Shown piece after piece: positions 38,601 through 52,800 of a stretch of DNA of 64,000 nucleotides. The stretch is from Magallana gigas (Eukaryota). Made by a program: the position numbers and the translations under genes. Numbering within the stretch: position 1 is the stretch's first letter; the number at the start of each line of letters is the position of its first letter. The stretch covers positions 5,828,001 to 5,892,000 of the forward strand of contig NC_088854.1 in the NCBI RefSeq assembly GCF_963853765.1, given 5' to 3'. The notes under the pieces are model-generated. The model saw nothing but the letters and a program-made list of their open reading frames with translations, did no database searches and had not been told where the DNA came from.

Positions 38601-41362
38601 ATTCGTCGACAATTTTTCCAAATGACATTTCAAGTTACAGCGTCTGCTATAATAAAAAGACGGGTCTTTGTTTATCACATGAGAATGCAGCCTCCAGGGA
38701 AGTTATACCATCGTGAAAGCGGCGGAAACAGTGAGCGCTCGAGGTGAAGGGCGCATGAAAATGCTTCAAAATTCCCATTTGTTTGTCACAAGTAGAACAG
38801 TGAAAACAACCACAGAAAACAAACGACGTGGGTTCTTTCATCCTGTAGAGCATTATCAATATCAAAGCATCGATAAATTGAAGTCTGCTGGAAATAATAG
38901 GCAAAATACGGACACCTTATTTGAAATATGCAGCCAATATAAACAACAAAAGATTCAAACTACCACCGGAATTACACCTCACATCTCTTCGGATACCCAC
39001 AGGTGTTCCAATAGATTTCTCATCGACGAGAAAACGAGAACATTACCCTAGGGTATCTGTTAATACATTGGGGTGACAATAAAGCTCTGGCTTAAAAACC
39101 TTATTTGTAATGACATGAATGTCATAGAAGGTGCGACGATTTAGCTACTATAGAGGAAATATCGCATGAACAAAGAAATTACTATATGGAGTATACAATG
39201 TATTTATTTCAACAGATATTAAAGCAATATGAGCTGCAATTTTCTTGTTGAATTTTTTTTTATGAAAATGTTATTTTCTGCTAAAATTACAAAAAATATC
39301 ATGGCTTTTAAATTTCTGTTAGCTTTATTTTTGTGGGAAAAGCAGTTTAGAAGCCTTAATTGAAGCAAAATTGAATTATTGTCATCCTGTACAAAAATTG
39401 ATTTGCTATATATTCCTTAGAAGAGAAATCTTTCTTCTGACAAACATTAATGATTAATCGTATTTTGCAGTTCACCATTTTTCTTTATTCATCGGCGATT
39501 ATTTGTCATGGAATAAAATTATTATTGAATCTACACAATGGATTTATTTTACTAATCGTTTCTGTTATGGAAGTTCCTATTAGAACATTGATCAAACATG
39601 CACATAGAACATTAACTAACCAAGGGAAGTGTCAGACGTCAATCGACGTCCTTTGTGTCAGTTACACTCTCCTAGTCATTGACCACTCATAACAGCACAC
39701 AGTTATCTATCACGACAACGACCGGGTGGTGCCGAAGTCTTCAACTTAAGGAGGCTGGGTGGTGCCGAAGTCTTTAATGTAAGGAGGCTGTGTGGTCAAC
39801 AAATTACCCATCAGATCTACCTTTAATTTAAAGACGTGATTTGATGCAAATCTTTACGCATTGAATCATTATTTTTTGAAAGATGTAGTCTCATAACTGC
39901 AGCAGTGTGTGCATACAAATCAAGTAACGCGCGTTAGTTAAAACTTGTCATTTTATTAAATCATTTTAACCTTTGAGTACCTTGTATGTGTTACGGTCCT
40001 ATAACTGCAGTATTTTTCCACACACTTTACATCCCAAAAAATATTTGGAATTTAAATGTAAATTATTATTTGGCCAGGAAAAAAAAATTATATGCATAGT
40101 TATTGCTTGTAACTTTGATTACAAACTCCAATATACTCGTATTCTGAATAAATTAACAGATTTCTGTGGCTTTACTCCAAGAACTGCATGTGCACCAGAA
40201 ATGTTTTACAATGTACTTCACCGTAACTAAAGAAATCTAAGAAGAAACTTAATAACACTAGACCCCCCCCCCAACAACAACAACAACAACAACAACAAAA
40301 AAAAGAGAAAAAAGCTGTGTCGTATAACCAAAGTTTTTTTATTCGATATGTTTAGACTTAAAAGTTTATTAGGCTCATTTATATGATACATAATGACCAG
40401 AATTTCAACAGCCTCATGAATAGTCGGGTCATTGCGCTAAGGCCATTGCAAGTTTTTTCTTTGTTAAGCGTCCATCCAAAACTCAAAAAGCTATCTTTCT
40501 ATCAGGAAAAAAACATAAACCTTAGAAAATAAAACACAACATTAAAAGTTCAACAAAATAAAATTTGTTATATATTTTGAAGTATTTTCTTCACTTTGTA
40601 ACAAAAATAACAAATACCTACAATATGATTGCCATTTTGAATGTTGTTATATTTGATTTCTGATCTGGATTTAAAAATGTGACCCTGAGCCCGACATATG
40701 AAAAAGTAATCTAAATCTATGAACAAATATTGTGGGTTTTTTTAATTTTTACATCTCAAAACCAATCCGGACGCTAAACATAGAAAAAACTTGGCCTAAC
40801 CCTTTACTATGAACCATTTTTACTATATCTAATAATTTTTGGTGAGTTACTATGAATGAACTTATTTCGCTCAGTCATTTTTTATCTTCTTTGATATTAA
40901 CTTTAGTTTACATATCGGGATGTTCATACAAGTACTGACGCCTTCATTTAACTGATAAAAAGTCTTTAAGAATCCTGTCTCGTGTGATGTGAAAACAGAG
41001 AAAGAAAGAATATACAATGCCCTCAATGTAATTAAAATTTTCTTGAGTTCCGTACGTTTTAGTCAATCGATCGGGAAATGAAACCAATCTGAATTTTTAA
41101 AGTTGGCCTGGCTTATTCTTGCACGGGATAATAACATGTTAAATTCATGCAAATGTCGCAATAGAATGTGTTACGTTTTTCTTTTTAGAAATTGTACACA
41201 ACTTAAATTTGACAGATTTTTTTTGACAATCGAATAAAGTATTCGTCGTCCCTTAATTTTAATTTCAACTTTTTCAGTTGTAATGATGAAACATTCATTA
41301 AAAATAGTTTTAAAAACAGCTATTATAATGAATATAAAAGGTGAACAAAAGAAAATACTTAC

Positions 41363-41545
41363 CGGATCATCACATCATGTTTCAGACCAGAGGATAGCTG
41401 GATTCTGAGCGATACGTCGTTCTGGCGTCCCTGTATCTGACGGTTGTCGTCAACATTACCAGAATATCGATTTTGAACCTACTGTAGATTCAACAGGCTT
41501 TGATTTCACGCTAATGTACAAATAAATAAGCAATATACAACCATT
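41363..41545 (-). other. Candidate non-coding first exon (5' UTR) of the dispanin gene
   Basis: Strong minus-strand donor CCG|GTAAGT at 41363/41362, GC-richer than the flanks, ETS motif just upstream; the link to the 35639 acceptor is inferred. Confidence 0.45.
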
Positions 41546-41548
41546 TCT

Positions 41549-41556
41549 ACTTCCGG
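41549..41556 (-). promoter_or_regulatory. ETS-type motif CCGGAAGT in a putative promoter
   Basis: ACTTCCGG on the plus strand immediately upstream of the candidate first exon. Confidence 0.35.
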
Positions 41557-42232
41557 TTCGCTTTCCGAAAGTTCGAAGTGAAGATTGCATTGGATGTCAC
41601 GTAATACAAAGGAACATAGTACATGAGACAAAAGACAGATTTAATCGCTCGTAATTTAAAACACATCAACACGATGAATAGTTACCGCGTGTTTCTGTCG
41701 GTTATCGCGTCACGAATATAAAAAAATATAGGGTTGAGTTGTCCGAGATTAAAAGATGAGTATAAGAAAGGTATAATAACGGTTCCGAGCCAAGCTCACA
41801 CAGGTCACAATATATTTACATAAGCCCAACCATGCCAAACATGTGATAGAAAATTGTGAGGCAGAGAGTTGGCACCTTTTGAAAACAACAGAAGAAAGAA
41901 GAAAAGTGAATCAAATTCACTTTGAGCCTCTTGTTGACCCAGGTCTAGGTTTAATTTCAACATTTATATGGCGTGATTTAAGAAATGAAGATAATAATTC
42001 TTCTATAGATCGACGTATCAAAGAAAAAATTGACCGGAAAACTTCATCAATGCGCGTAACAACAATAATAACATCTTGGTGTGGCATTTTAAAAACATTC
42101 TGAGATCCCTTTAAGTGAAAATATATTTCTTTGCTAAATTTTTTACCCGTATCACGGTTTCTTCGTAAACCAAATTGGATCATAGTTTTACATCTATTTC
42201 TGTCCATCTGCGTATAAATATTCAACTCCATT

Positions 42233-42367
42233 NNNNNNNNNNNNNNNNNNNNNNNNNNNNNNNNNNNNNNNNNNNNNNNNNNNNNNNNNNNNNNNNNNNN
42301 NNNNNNNNNNNNNNNNNNNNNNNNNNNNNNNNNNNNNNNNNNNNNNNNNNNNNNNNNNNNNNNNNNN
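42233..42367. other. Assembly gap (135 N)
   Basis: Run of N. Confidence 1.
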
Positions 42368-43984
42368 ATTTTTCTTTCTCTGTTCTTAATCCTATATGGA
42401 TTCCAATTTCTTAAATGCTGCAATAACACGTATAATATTATGAACTTACTATATTCTGTAACTATTATTATTATATAATTCAAATGTAACTGAAATATCA
42501 GTTGTAACTTTGATCCTTGTTGAGAGGACTAAAAGTACTAAAATAGGCATAGCCTGATGTCCAATCCTATGTACTATGAGAAATAAAAAGGCAAGCATGC
42601 GCACAACATCAGACAGAGTGCATAAAATCAGAAACATTCAAAGCCGAAATGATAGAAATAAAAGTTGTAATACTTGCCAACAAAAATGAGTGTTGAGATA
42701 TTTTTTCTCTCATATGCATCTCATATGCATCTCACACATATAATCATCCGGTCAAAAAGTAAGAAATCAAATTGCAATTTATAAACAACAGCAGCCTTCA
42801 TTTCACTCTCTTGGAAAAGTTTAAACGCCCAACAGCTTAGAAATCAAGAAATTTAAAATATTCCGCCATTAATTTGATCTAGCACCTAGTTCTGATATCA
42901 TGCCAAGCTGTTTTTATCTCTGTACCGTACCATGCTACCATTTCTAATCAATATAAAGAAGCATTCTGATGTTTTACTTTGATTAACCAGGTTCAGCAAA
43001 CATCTGATTGTCTTATCACACCTTGTGAACTCAAACCGTCTATTACGTTCCTGCAGACACATTTGATGGCTATAGTTTAAAAAATACACCTCTATACAAG
43101 GTTCTCGTCGCCATCTTGAATTTCTTTTGATGAGAGTACCACCTCTTTTCACGTTTTGCCTGAAACTCAACGACAAAACTTTTTGCACCTGAAGTTCGGT
43201 CCTAAAAACATCTTAGCATACACACAATTCAACAAAAACACGTTAATAAAATTTCTACTCGATCTGTATGTACTCCTTCAGAAAGAAAAAATAACTTACG
43301 TTAATGGTTTAAAGATTGTTTGTCAAAATGTTGATGACAAAAGGATTGGGCACACATTCTAAATACTTTCAACTTCCTCTCCTACGTAGTATTTCAGTGT
43401 TTAAATTTTTTTAAACAGTGGTCATTTAAATATGGAAAAAATTGAAACTAACACGGAAAATCTACAATTTTAAAGAATACTTTCTAATTAAAGTTAAACT
43501 AGAGGTACTGTGAACAAGCTCACAATTAATACCCCCCGCTAAGAAAAAAATCATAACGCACGTATTTTTGCTATTATAGAAAATATTGGATGAATCTATT
43601 TTACTGTCCTTTTTCTATAAATAACAACTGCTCTATTTTTTTTAAACTGTTAATGCTAATAGGAGTAAACAAGCCAATTTCTATCCTTTAATTCCATTTT
43701 ATTTTAAGTTAACTGTTAATGCATGAGGACATTTGCATCCTTCCGTTAACAACCATGACTCGAATCAAACGAAATCCACGTCAAGCAGCCATTTAATATT
43801 TAAACATTTTGAATTATTGGTATACTGAGCCCGATGTTTTTCCATTTTTTCCCCCCACATATCCCCCCCCCCAAAAAAAATTTCATTGGGGCAGGCCATT
43901 TTCAGAGAGACGGGAATGAAAATCTAAAAATAATTTTATGTGGCCTGCTTTGTGTCAAATCTTAGCTTCTAATATTTCCATTAA

Positions 43985-44627
43985 AACAAGACATGACACA
44001 GACAGAATTTAGCATTTTTGAAACAATGACCTTGAATCTCTCAATTGACCTTGGGTCAAGGTCATGACACACCCTTTGGTCATAAGCAATATTTAGTTAG
44101 AAGATTCAATGCTTCTCAATAAGAAAGATATGGACCGGACACGAATTTTGCATTTTTTCTGCCAGTGACCTTGCCCTTGCCCTAATGACCTTATGTCAAG
44201 GTCATGACACATCCTCCAATGTTTCTCCATAAGAAAGATATGGACCGGACAAAATTTTTGCATTTTATCTGTCAGTGACCTTTACCTTGCCTGAATGACC
44301 TTGGGTCAAGGTCCTGACACACCCTTAGGTCATAAGCAATCTTTCTGTAAAATAAGAACTTCCAATGTTTCTCCATAAGAAAGATATGGACCGGACACGA
44401 ATTTTGCATTTTTTCTGACAGTGACCTTGACCTTGCCCGATTGACCTTGGGTCAAGGTCATAAGCAATCTTTCTGTGAAGTAAGAACTTCCAATGTTTCT
44501 CCATAAGAAAGATATGGACCGGACACGATTGCACAGACAGACGGACGGACAGACAGACAGACTGACAGACGGACAAGGTGATTCCTATATACCCCCCAGA
44601 CTTTGTTTGCGGGGGGTATAATAAAAA
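43985..44627 (+). mobile_element. Pearl/Helentron-type non-autonomous element with TGACCTTG-rich core repeats
   Basis: AAGAAAGATATGGACCGGACAC recurs ~4 times; (GACA/GACG)n at ~44535-44570; 3' hairpin TATACCCCCC...GGGGGGTATA then A-run; 5' boundary may extend to ~43498. Confidence 0.75.
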
Positions 44628-45023
44628 ACGACAATATTTCTTTATAAGCCATAGCACTTTGGGAAATTTATTTCCATTTTCTGGTGGACTCATGAAATCT
44701 ACCATAGTAGAATACCAGTGTTTAATATTTGTAGATTATTAATTTAAAAATTGACATGATACAATTCATTTCTAAGAGCATAATATTTTTCAGAAGAAAA
44801 AAAATAAGTATTTTCTATTTTTCCACAAGACCACAAAAATTTATTAATTAAAGTCCATCTAAAATGGTCTTTATTCAAAATACAATTACGTCTAGGTCTA
44901 GTTTCCAGTAAGGTTCGCCATAGGAGATAAGCGAAAATAAATAGATATTCTCGTTATAAAGAAAAAAATCTATATCTAATACAAGAAAATATATTCATTT
45001 CAATGTTTGATTTGATTTTTCAG

Positions 45024-45103
45024 AAACCTCTGTCAGGGCATACAAAAACTTTTTGACGTTTACACCAGTGCGGCTATTGTTTCAATCTTTAGCTGTGCAT
45101 TTG
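45024..45103 (+). CDS. Exon encoding a signal-peptide-like segment (IQKLFDVYTSAAIVSIFSCAF)
   Basis: TTTTCAG acceptor, G|GTAAAT phase-1 donor giving D-C-T-T with the next exon; no in-frame ATG. Confidence 0.5.
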
Positions 45104-46811
45104 GTAAATAAATATATCTCGAACACGATTTCGTTTTTATCTGTCACCTATTGGTGTCAGAATTGTCACATAGTTAGACTGGAACATTATTTATTGCACA
45201 ATCTTTGACTAAGAGTTACTGTGTATACAGGTACAGCTATTCGAAGGCCCAGCCCGTTTCATTTTCACCAAATACATTTTCATCAATTTCATCTTTCGTA
45301 CATCGGTGACCCAGGATTTTTCGTTATTAGAAGCCCTCTTTGAGGTTTTATTGCTTTTGTAGATCGAAATGAATCATCGCCAGAATCATCCATGACAGAA
45401 TTTTGAAATTGGAGGAAAACGCGATTAGATTGCTCCAAACAGAATTTATGATATAGGTGTTTACCCTTACCAACGTGTCGTGTACTAGATTTGTCCCAAA
45501 CTCAGTCCTGCCTACATATCAAATAAATATCACCATGATATCTGCCATCTCGGTAATCATTTGAACGCCCCGCTTTGTATTTTAAAAATTGTTAATTAAT
45601 AGGATAATAGGATAGCCAATGTTAGATAATTAAATGTCTAAACTATTGATTAAAAGATATGATTTACATTGTCTCAGAGGATAAAATCAACGCCTGTAGG
45701 TGTTATTTGTTTGTCATGACACCCCTTCTTGATGCAATTAATATTGACCACCTACTGTCAAACTTGATTCATTATGTACAATATCTAGATAAAAATGACG
45801 GTGGTAATTCACCTCGTTTCTCTAATCATCGGATTAATTTGTTTTGTACAACAATTTGGTGAGTAAATAAATAAATATTGTCATAACTGTTGGGAAAAAT
45901 AAAGTTTAACCCCCCCCCCCCTCATCCACCAAAAAAAAATAATTAATAATCATGATTTGTGTGAGGAAAGGGTGTTCGATATTTCCCTCAGGTGATACCT
46001 TCGGGAAATACAAATTTTCTTTGGGGGATAAATCTTCATATCTCATATCTTCATATCTCCCTCACCCTCATGCAATCAATGTACAATGTTGACGTTTTTA
46101 ATATACATATATAGGACTTATAATTTGATTTATAATATTAACCTCGATCATCGCTGCATGTTCTTTCTTTGTTCGTTCACCGATTGAATAAAGCAATATT
46201 AATGTCTGGACAATGTAATTCGATTTCTTAAAAGTATTTCTGAATAATTAAAGAAACATTTATTTCCTTTTCCAAAGACTGCACAACAATCTCTGAAGGA
46301 TCAACTTCCTATAGTGCTTGCTCATCCCAGAACTATCTCCAAATTACGTATGCAAGTTGGTACTGTAGCTCAACATTCTACTCTAACTCGTGGACAGTGA
46401 CATCTACTGTGAATTCTAACTGTAACTACAATACTGCGTGCACTCTACAAGCCACAAGCAGCTGGCTGGGAGGCGACCCTTGTCCTGGATATATTAAGTA
46501 TCTTGAGTGGAGTTATTCCTGTCATTGTAAGTAATTGTTTCAGGTTGTTGTTTACTGCCAAATTAAAAAAAAAACTCAAGCTTTCTGCACGATTACCTCA
46601 TTTGTGCTGTTAAAAATTTGCTTTAGAAATATTCATGCAACTTGATTCTTTCATCGAATATATTTAAGATCATTTTATTACATGGCTCTTTATTAATTAA
46701 AATGAATGAGCATGTTGATCAAATTAATAACTAAAGGTTTCTAGCTAATCTGAGGTAAAGGATAGAATGTTTCTAAATAATTATGACCTATCTCATGCAA
46801 TAAGTAGACAT

Positions 46812-46891
<80 letters not shown>

Positions 46892-49800
46892 AGCTAGCTA
46901 GGTACAATTAATCAGAAGAAAATTAATATGTGTCAGAGTATTGTTGAATACTTATAATATAATATAAATGCATTGATTAAGCTTTTTGGGGTAGCTGGGA
47001 TTCATGGGATCCTTGCCCCGGAGATTGTACCACCCACAACATTGCCAGGCGCCGAATCTGTGTCAAACCAAATGGAGAGTGTGGATCAGCCCCAGCGGAT
47101 TATAAATCTTGTAAAGAACTGGGATGTTACTGTAAGTATTGTATTCTACCTTTTTCGTATTTTTTGGATCTTGTTTTTATTCCTCATACTATGAGTTGTG
47201 CTTCATAACAGATTTATTACTAAAAAAAACAATTACAGAGTTATTTGCACATTACTATAATGAAAAATAACCAGACTTGACAAAACAAGGGTATTCGAGC
47301 TACACATTGTTTAATTCTTCAATATTCAAGTCTATATAGATAGCTAATGAACCCTTGATATTTAAAATATGTTATAATGAACTGTCCTATCAAGGTTTTC
47401 GTAAATATGATATAGAATACTGTTGTTTCTAGCATCGTCAGAAATCAGCAGAAATACCCCAAATGACAACATCTACTATAGTCTGACCCCCGACTGTTTT
47501 GTCGCCACAGGAAGGACGTCCGTCGCTTTCAGAGCACGAGCAAATAATAACCTCCATATAGCCTTGGGTAGTGAAGACAGCAGCTCAAGTGGTACCCACT
47601 ACGTGATTGTATTCGGACACTCAAGTAACACAGTGTCTTTGCTTAGATTTGCCAGAGGCTCGTCCTCTTGTGACAGCTACACTGGATCGGTCCTGAGGCA
47701 AACCTATTTTGACGAGTTTTGGTTTTCTTGGTCCGGAAGTTACCTCCGTGCAGGCAGGGGCAGTACAGTTGGAAGTGACCAAATCATGAGCTGCTATCAT
47801 GCAACACCATACACAGTCAACTTTATAATGATAGCGACGGGAAGTGGTTCATCAGGGGAATGGAGATTTCCTAATGGTGTGTGCAAAAAACAAATCTCAT
47901 AAATTTGATCGTAACACAGAATTTAAGCATACAAGGAACACGTTTATAATCAATTCACAGTTTGCATAATTTTCTTTGTTTTTTAATTTGTTTAGAAAAG
48001 TAAGTTTCTCAGAGGGCAAACTATTTTCACTAAAAGAATTAAAAAAAACCAACCACACATTTAAGATTGAAATTGGCAAAAAATGTATTTGATAACTCAA
48101 ACATTGAGTAAACTTAACGCTGTTTAAAAAACGCTGAATGGCGTCTTTTACTGGACCTCTGTGAGAGCTATTCACTAAATAACATTTTGTTAAGTACATT
48201 TGTTACCCTTTTCTGTTTGTTTTGTTGACCAGATGTTGCTTGTAAGCACGTTACAAACTCATATGTGAGCATCACCATTGACGACACATCTTGCAACGGA
48301 ATAAGTTCCTACGCGTGTAACTCTGGATACAAACAGGTCGCAGGAAACACCCAACGTACATGTGGATTTGGTGGAATTCTGTCTGGATATCCTCTTGTCT
48401 GCTCTGGTTTGACAAATTTCATTCTCTGTCAGTGTGTTGAGGGCAAATACCAAAGTTATACCAAACAGTATATAAATTGTACCTCTATGGTGGGTAACAG
48501 TTGAAATTGACACCCTGAGCAAATCATTGTCAACCGACTGTTATCTTCCCTAACGGGCACTTTTTATTTTATTTTACTATACTTTCATGTTAAATACTGT
48601 AATCTTATTGGTTTAAACGGAGTTTATAATCCGTTCTATTACCCTCAGCGTAAGTAACACAGTTGCCAATGGGTAATACAACGAATTATTACATGCGGGT
48701 AAATTATGAGCGTACGGTTCACCATTCATTTCACGTCAATTCTACATAAAAGCAGTAAAGTTTTCTTTGAACCTAATACATTCAGTATAATAAAATAAAT
48801 TGTGCCTGTTTGGGAGGGTAACAGTTAAAATTGACACCCCTCGAAAACCATTGTCGAGCGACGCAAATCGCAGGTAGACAATGGTTTTCGTGGGGTGTCA
48901 ATTTCTACTGTTACCTTCCCAAACAGGCACAATTTATATAGTACTGCATGTCTCGATTTTAAAGAACGCATAATTGACTTCTTTCGGAATGACGTGAAAT
49001 CTACGGCGAACTGTACGCGCATTTTTTACGCGCATGTAATAATTCGTGATTATAACCGTTGCCAAATGTGTTACTTACCCTAAGGGTAATAGAACGGATT
49101 ATAAACTCCGTTTAAACAATCGAATTTTAGTATTTAACATGACAGTGTAATAATATTAATTATTTGTTCCAGTTTCCACTTGTAAAATCGACATAGTGTT
49201 CATCGTCGAAGCTTCGGCACACACTTCTTCGATTCATTCAGCATTAATGGCAGCTATTGGCGATTTGGCGGGAAGTCTACAAATTTCAACAAGTGATATT
49301 TTAGCTGGAGTCATTATATATGACGATATTGTGGACCTAAACATCGAACTCAATGACTACTACTCCGCTTCGACACTGGATAGCTCCATTACATCAATAC
49401 CAATATCAAACGCTGCCTCTGCCGTAAACCTGGCTGAAGCTCTACGATTTGGATTTTACGACTTCTTCACATTATCCAAAGGAAACAGATTCACAGCTTT
49501 CAGATATGTTGTTGTGATTGCAAAAACGTATTCTTCACAGACAGGTGCAGCCGTTGCTGATCAAATCAGACTGAATCTGAAAAATCAACTCTTCACAATC
49601 GGTAAACCAATCCCTTTTTTAAGTTTTACGGGATGTCGTTATACCTAACTGTAGATAGAAGTGCTATTCAATCTTAAAAGACCATATCGAACAAATATTT
49701 TTTCCAAAAAAAAAAAAAACAAAAAAACAAAAAAACACCCAGAATATCCTTGCGTAGTTTCTACTTCTTAAATTAAACATATGATTTTTTTCGCATTTTA

Positions 49801-52800
49801 TCTCAGACTTTTTTTTATTTGCAAATACTTTGAACCAGTCAACCAACAGCAAACTTTCAACAATAAAACGTGTCTTTGTATAATAAACAGACATCTATGT
49901 ACTATTTCCTCCGAAGATAAAAAAGTTTATCATGCATCAGAATCGACAGCAGCTATATCCATGGGCTTTCGGAAATAGTTGTGTCTCTGTACAGTAGTCT
50001 TGGAACATTCTTTATAGCCAATAAAAAGTGCGTTATATTGAGTATACATTATAGAATATATGTTTTAATTATCACAGGTATTTCCCCAACTGCATCTCTA
50101 ATCGCCGATTTAAAAGCCATTGCTGGGGATGATAGTAGATACCTTCAAGTTAGTTCGGCGGAGGAATTATATCCTCAGTTTAACACCCTTTTCAACAATA
50201 TAGCTGTATGTCCAGATTTATCCTTTGAGCCGATGACTCTTGGTAAGATCTGCTTTTGTCACAGTACAGATAATTTCATTTGATAAGACTTAAAAACTTG
50301 GGATAACGATAAACATATATATATGGAAACGCAACAAAAATGTTTAGTGATTGTTTTAATGAGTATCAAATTAGCGTTTCTTGAACCATTTGATTGTTCC
50401 AAAATGTGTTCATCAATGAGACAAGTTATACTGGGTTATAAAAAATGTAAGTTTATTTACTAAAATAACTTACTGTACATGTTTTTCTGTAATGTGTATT
50501 CAAATTCAATTTTGCAAATCTATAAAAATACAATCGCCATACAAAGAACTCCATTAAAATAAGTATGGGGTATATTAGGGATATTGAGCATTTGCAGAAG
50601 TAATGAATTTCAAATTATTAAACCCTGAAATAAAAGTGGCAAATATTTCTCATTACACCGCAGTGTAATACGGTGTTTTATGTTGAACAATTTCTTAAAA
50701 TAAAACAACTTCAAAAAAGTTATAATTGGACTACATGTATCTATTTTTCCAGCATAGTTTTTATACTCTCTGTTTTAGATTGTGAGCTGGATATTGTGTT
50801 TATCGTGGAAAGATACAATTTGAGATACACAAAGAGATTTCTGGCGGAGTTGATGGACAATATCACTGTATCAAGTAATGGAATCAGAGTCGGTATGGTT
50901 TTATTTGATTCTGGTGCGTCAACTGTATTTAGACTAAACTCTTACACTTCCTCTGAATCTGTTCGAAGGACCATTGAATCGATCTCAGAGACGAATCAGA
51001 CAGACCATTTGGTTGACAAAGGATTGATAGAAGCCCGGGACAATGTGTTTACGGCCGCTAGAGGTGATCGAACGGATGCCAGTAACTACTACGTAATTAT
51101 TGTTGGACCATTCGAAAGTTATCCGGAAGCAGTAGCAAAGGACATAAGGAGTAGTGGAAGCAACTACGTCTTCTCAATTCGTAAGTGTTTCGTTTTCTGT
51201 TAAAGCCGCGGATTTTTTTAAAATAGACAGCAAATTGATGTTTATATTTTCATCATTCTCAGATATAGGTAACCAGTACCAGACCGAATACCAGAAGGCC
51301 GTTGATACCTGTGGAGACTACACCAAATATACAAACGTGGATTCTTACGAAAACCTGATTAACTTTAAAAATGATATTCTTCAAAAAATCATCTCATGTG
51401 AGAGTGTTAACATAACAATCCCTGGTAAGTGATTACATGAAGCTCATATTTTAAGCCTTCATAAGCATTACAAATTCATAAGATCTATTCTTTAAGTCAT
51501 AGATTTAATAATCTCTAAACCCTCTTTCCAAGATATTTCTTTATGGGTTTGTATGTCATAAAAGAAATTCGTTTATTGTTTGATTTTATTTCGAATATTT
51601 CTAGGTTTTTCAATTGTTGTGTTATATTTTAGACTGCCCATTAGACATTGTTTTCATCATGGAAGATACAGATGAACTGAGTGCCACAGAATTTAACGAC
51701 ATGAAAAGCTTTTTCGTAAGTTTGGTGTCCCGTATGATCATTGGAGACACTGCAATTAAGGTTGGGGTGGTGACTTACGCTGATGGGGCCACCACTGCTT
51801 TCCCGTTGAACCAGTACTCTACAGCCAATGGAGTCATTATGGGAATCACTAACATTAACCAGGGAAGTAATGCCTACAACAGGAGCAGCCGTTACGTGGA
51901 TAAAGCACTGCAATATATCCAGATGGAATTCTTTACCACAGGTAATGGGGACCGTTCTAACGCCGCAAACTACTACATTCTTCTGACTGGTGGACCGTCT
52001 GCTGGAAATAAAGCTGCTGCATTTGGATCGGCAATTAGATCTATAGCTTCCAGTAATCTATTCATTGTTGGTAAGATACACATGTATCATTCTTTTCATA
52101 ATCACATATACAAATTTTTATAATTTTTGAATTATTATATTCGTCCATCAAAATTCAAGCACGTCGCAACAGGGTAATTTTGTTAATCATTCATCATTTA
52201 GATAAAGTTATATATTTGGCTTATTTTAGGCGTTAACATTTCCTCGAGTGATGACCCTGAATTTCTTGATACCGTGGATGACGACAAATACCTGAAGGCC
52301 GTCAACTTTTCTGTTCTTCAATGTATCAACGATGTGGTCGTTCCCAATATCACTCAGTGTCCAGACTCGGTCACCCCGGCTAGTTTAGTCTCTCCAAGTA
52401 AGCTACGAAAGTCTACGAGTTAATCCTCTGCAAAAGAATTCCATGCTTTGAGCCAACAGAAATAATTTTTACAAAGATTGTATCACGTCAGGCTTATAAA
52501 ACTCTAATTTCAGGTTGCCAACTTGATATCGTTTTTATCATGGAAAGAACAGAAACATCCTCCCATGAAAACTACGTGTTCCTGAAAAGTTTCTTCTCCA
52601 ACATAGCAATACAGTTGGATGTATCCAGTAGCACTATACGTATTGGAGTCGTTACGTACGATACAGATGCGTACACAACAATCGCCCTGGACACGTACAT
52701 GACGCCTACAGAAATCAGCTACCAGATTCTGAAATTACAGGAAGGTACAGGCAAAAGAAACATGATCGACAAAGCTTTGATTCACACCAAAAATAACTAC

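Noticed and set aside
38412-39051. GC-richer stretch with several overlapping 85-112-aa ORFs
   Set aside because: No recognisable motif or splice structure in any frame.
42898-43400. Possible degenerate LINE endonuclease relic on the minus strand (RQNVKRGGTLI)
   Set aside because: Only one weak motif amid multiple stops; needs a profile search.
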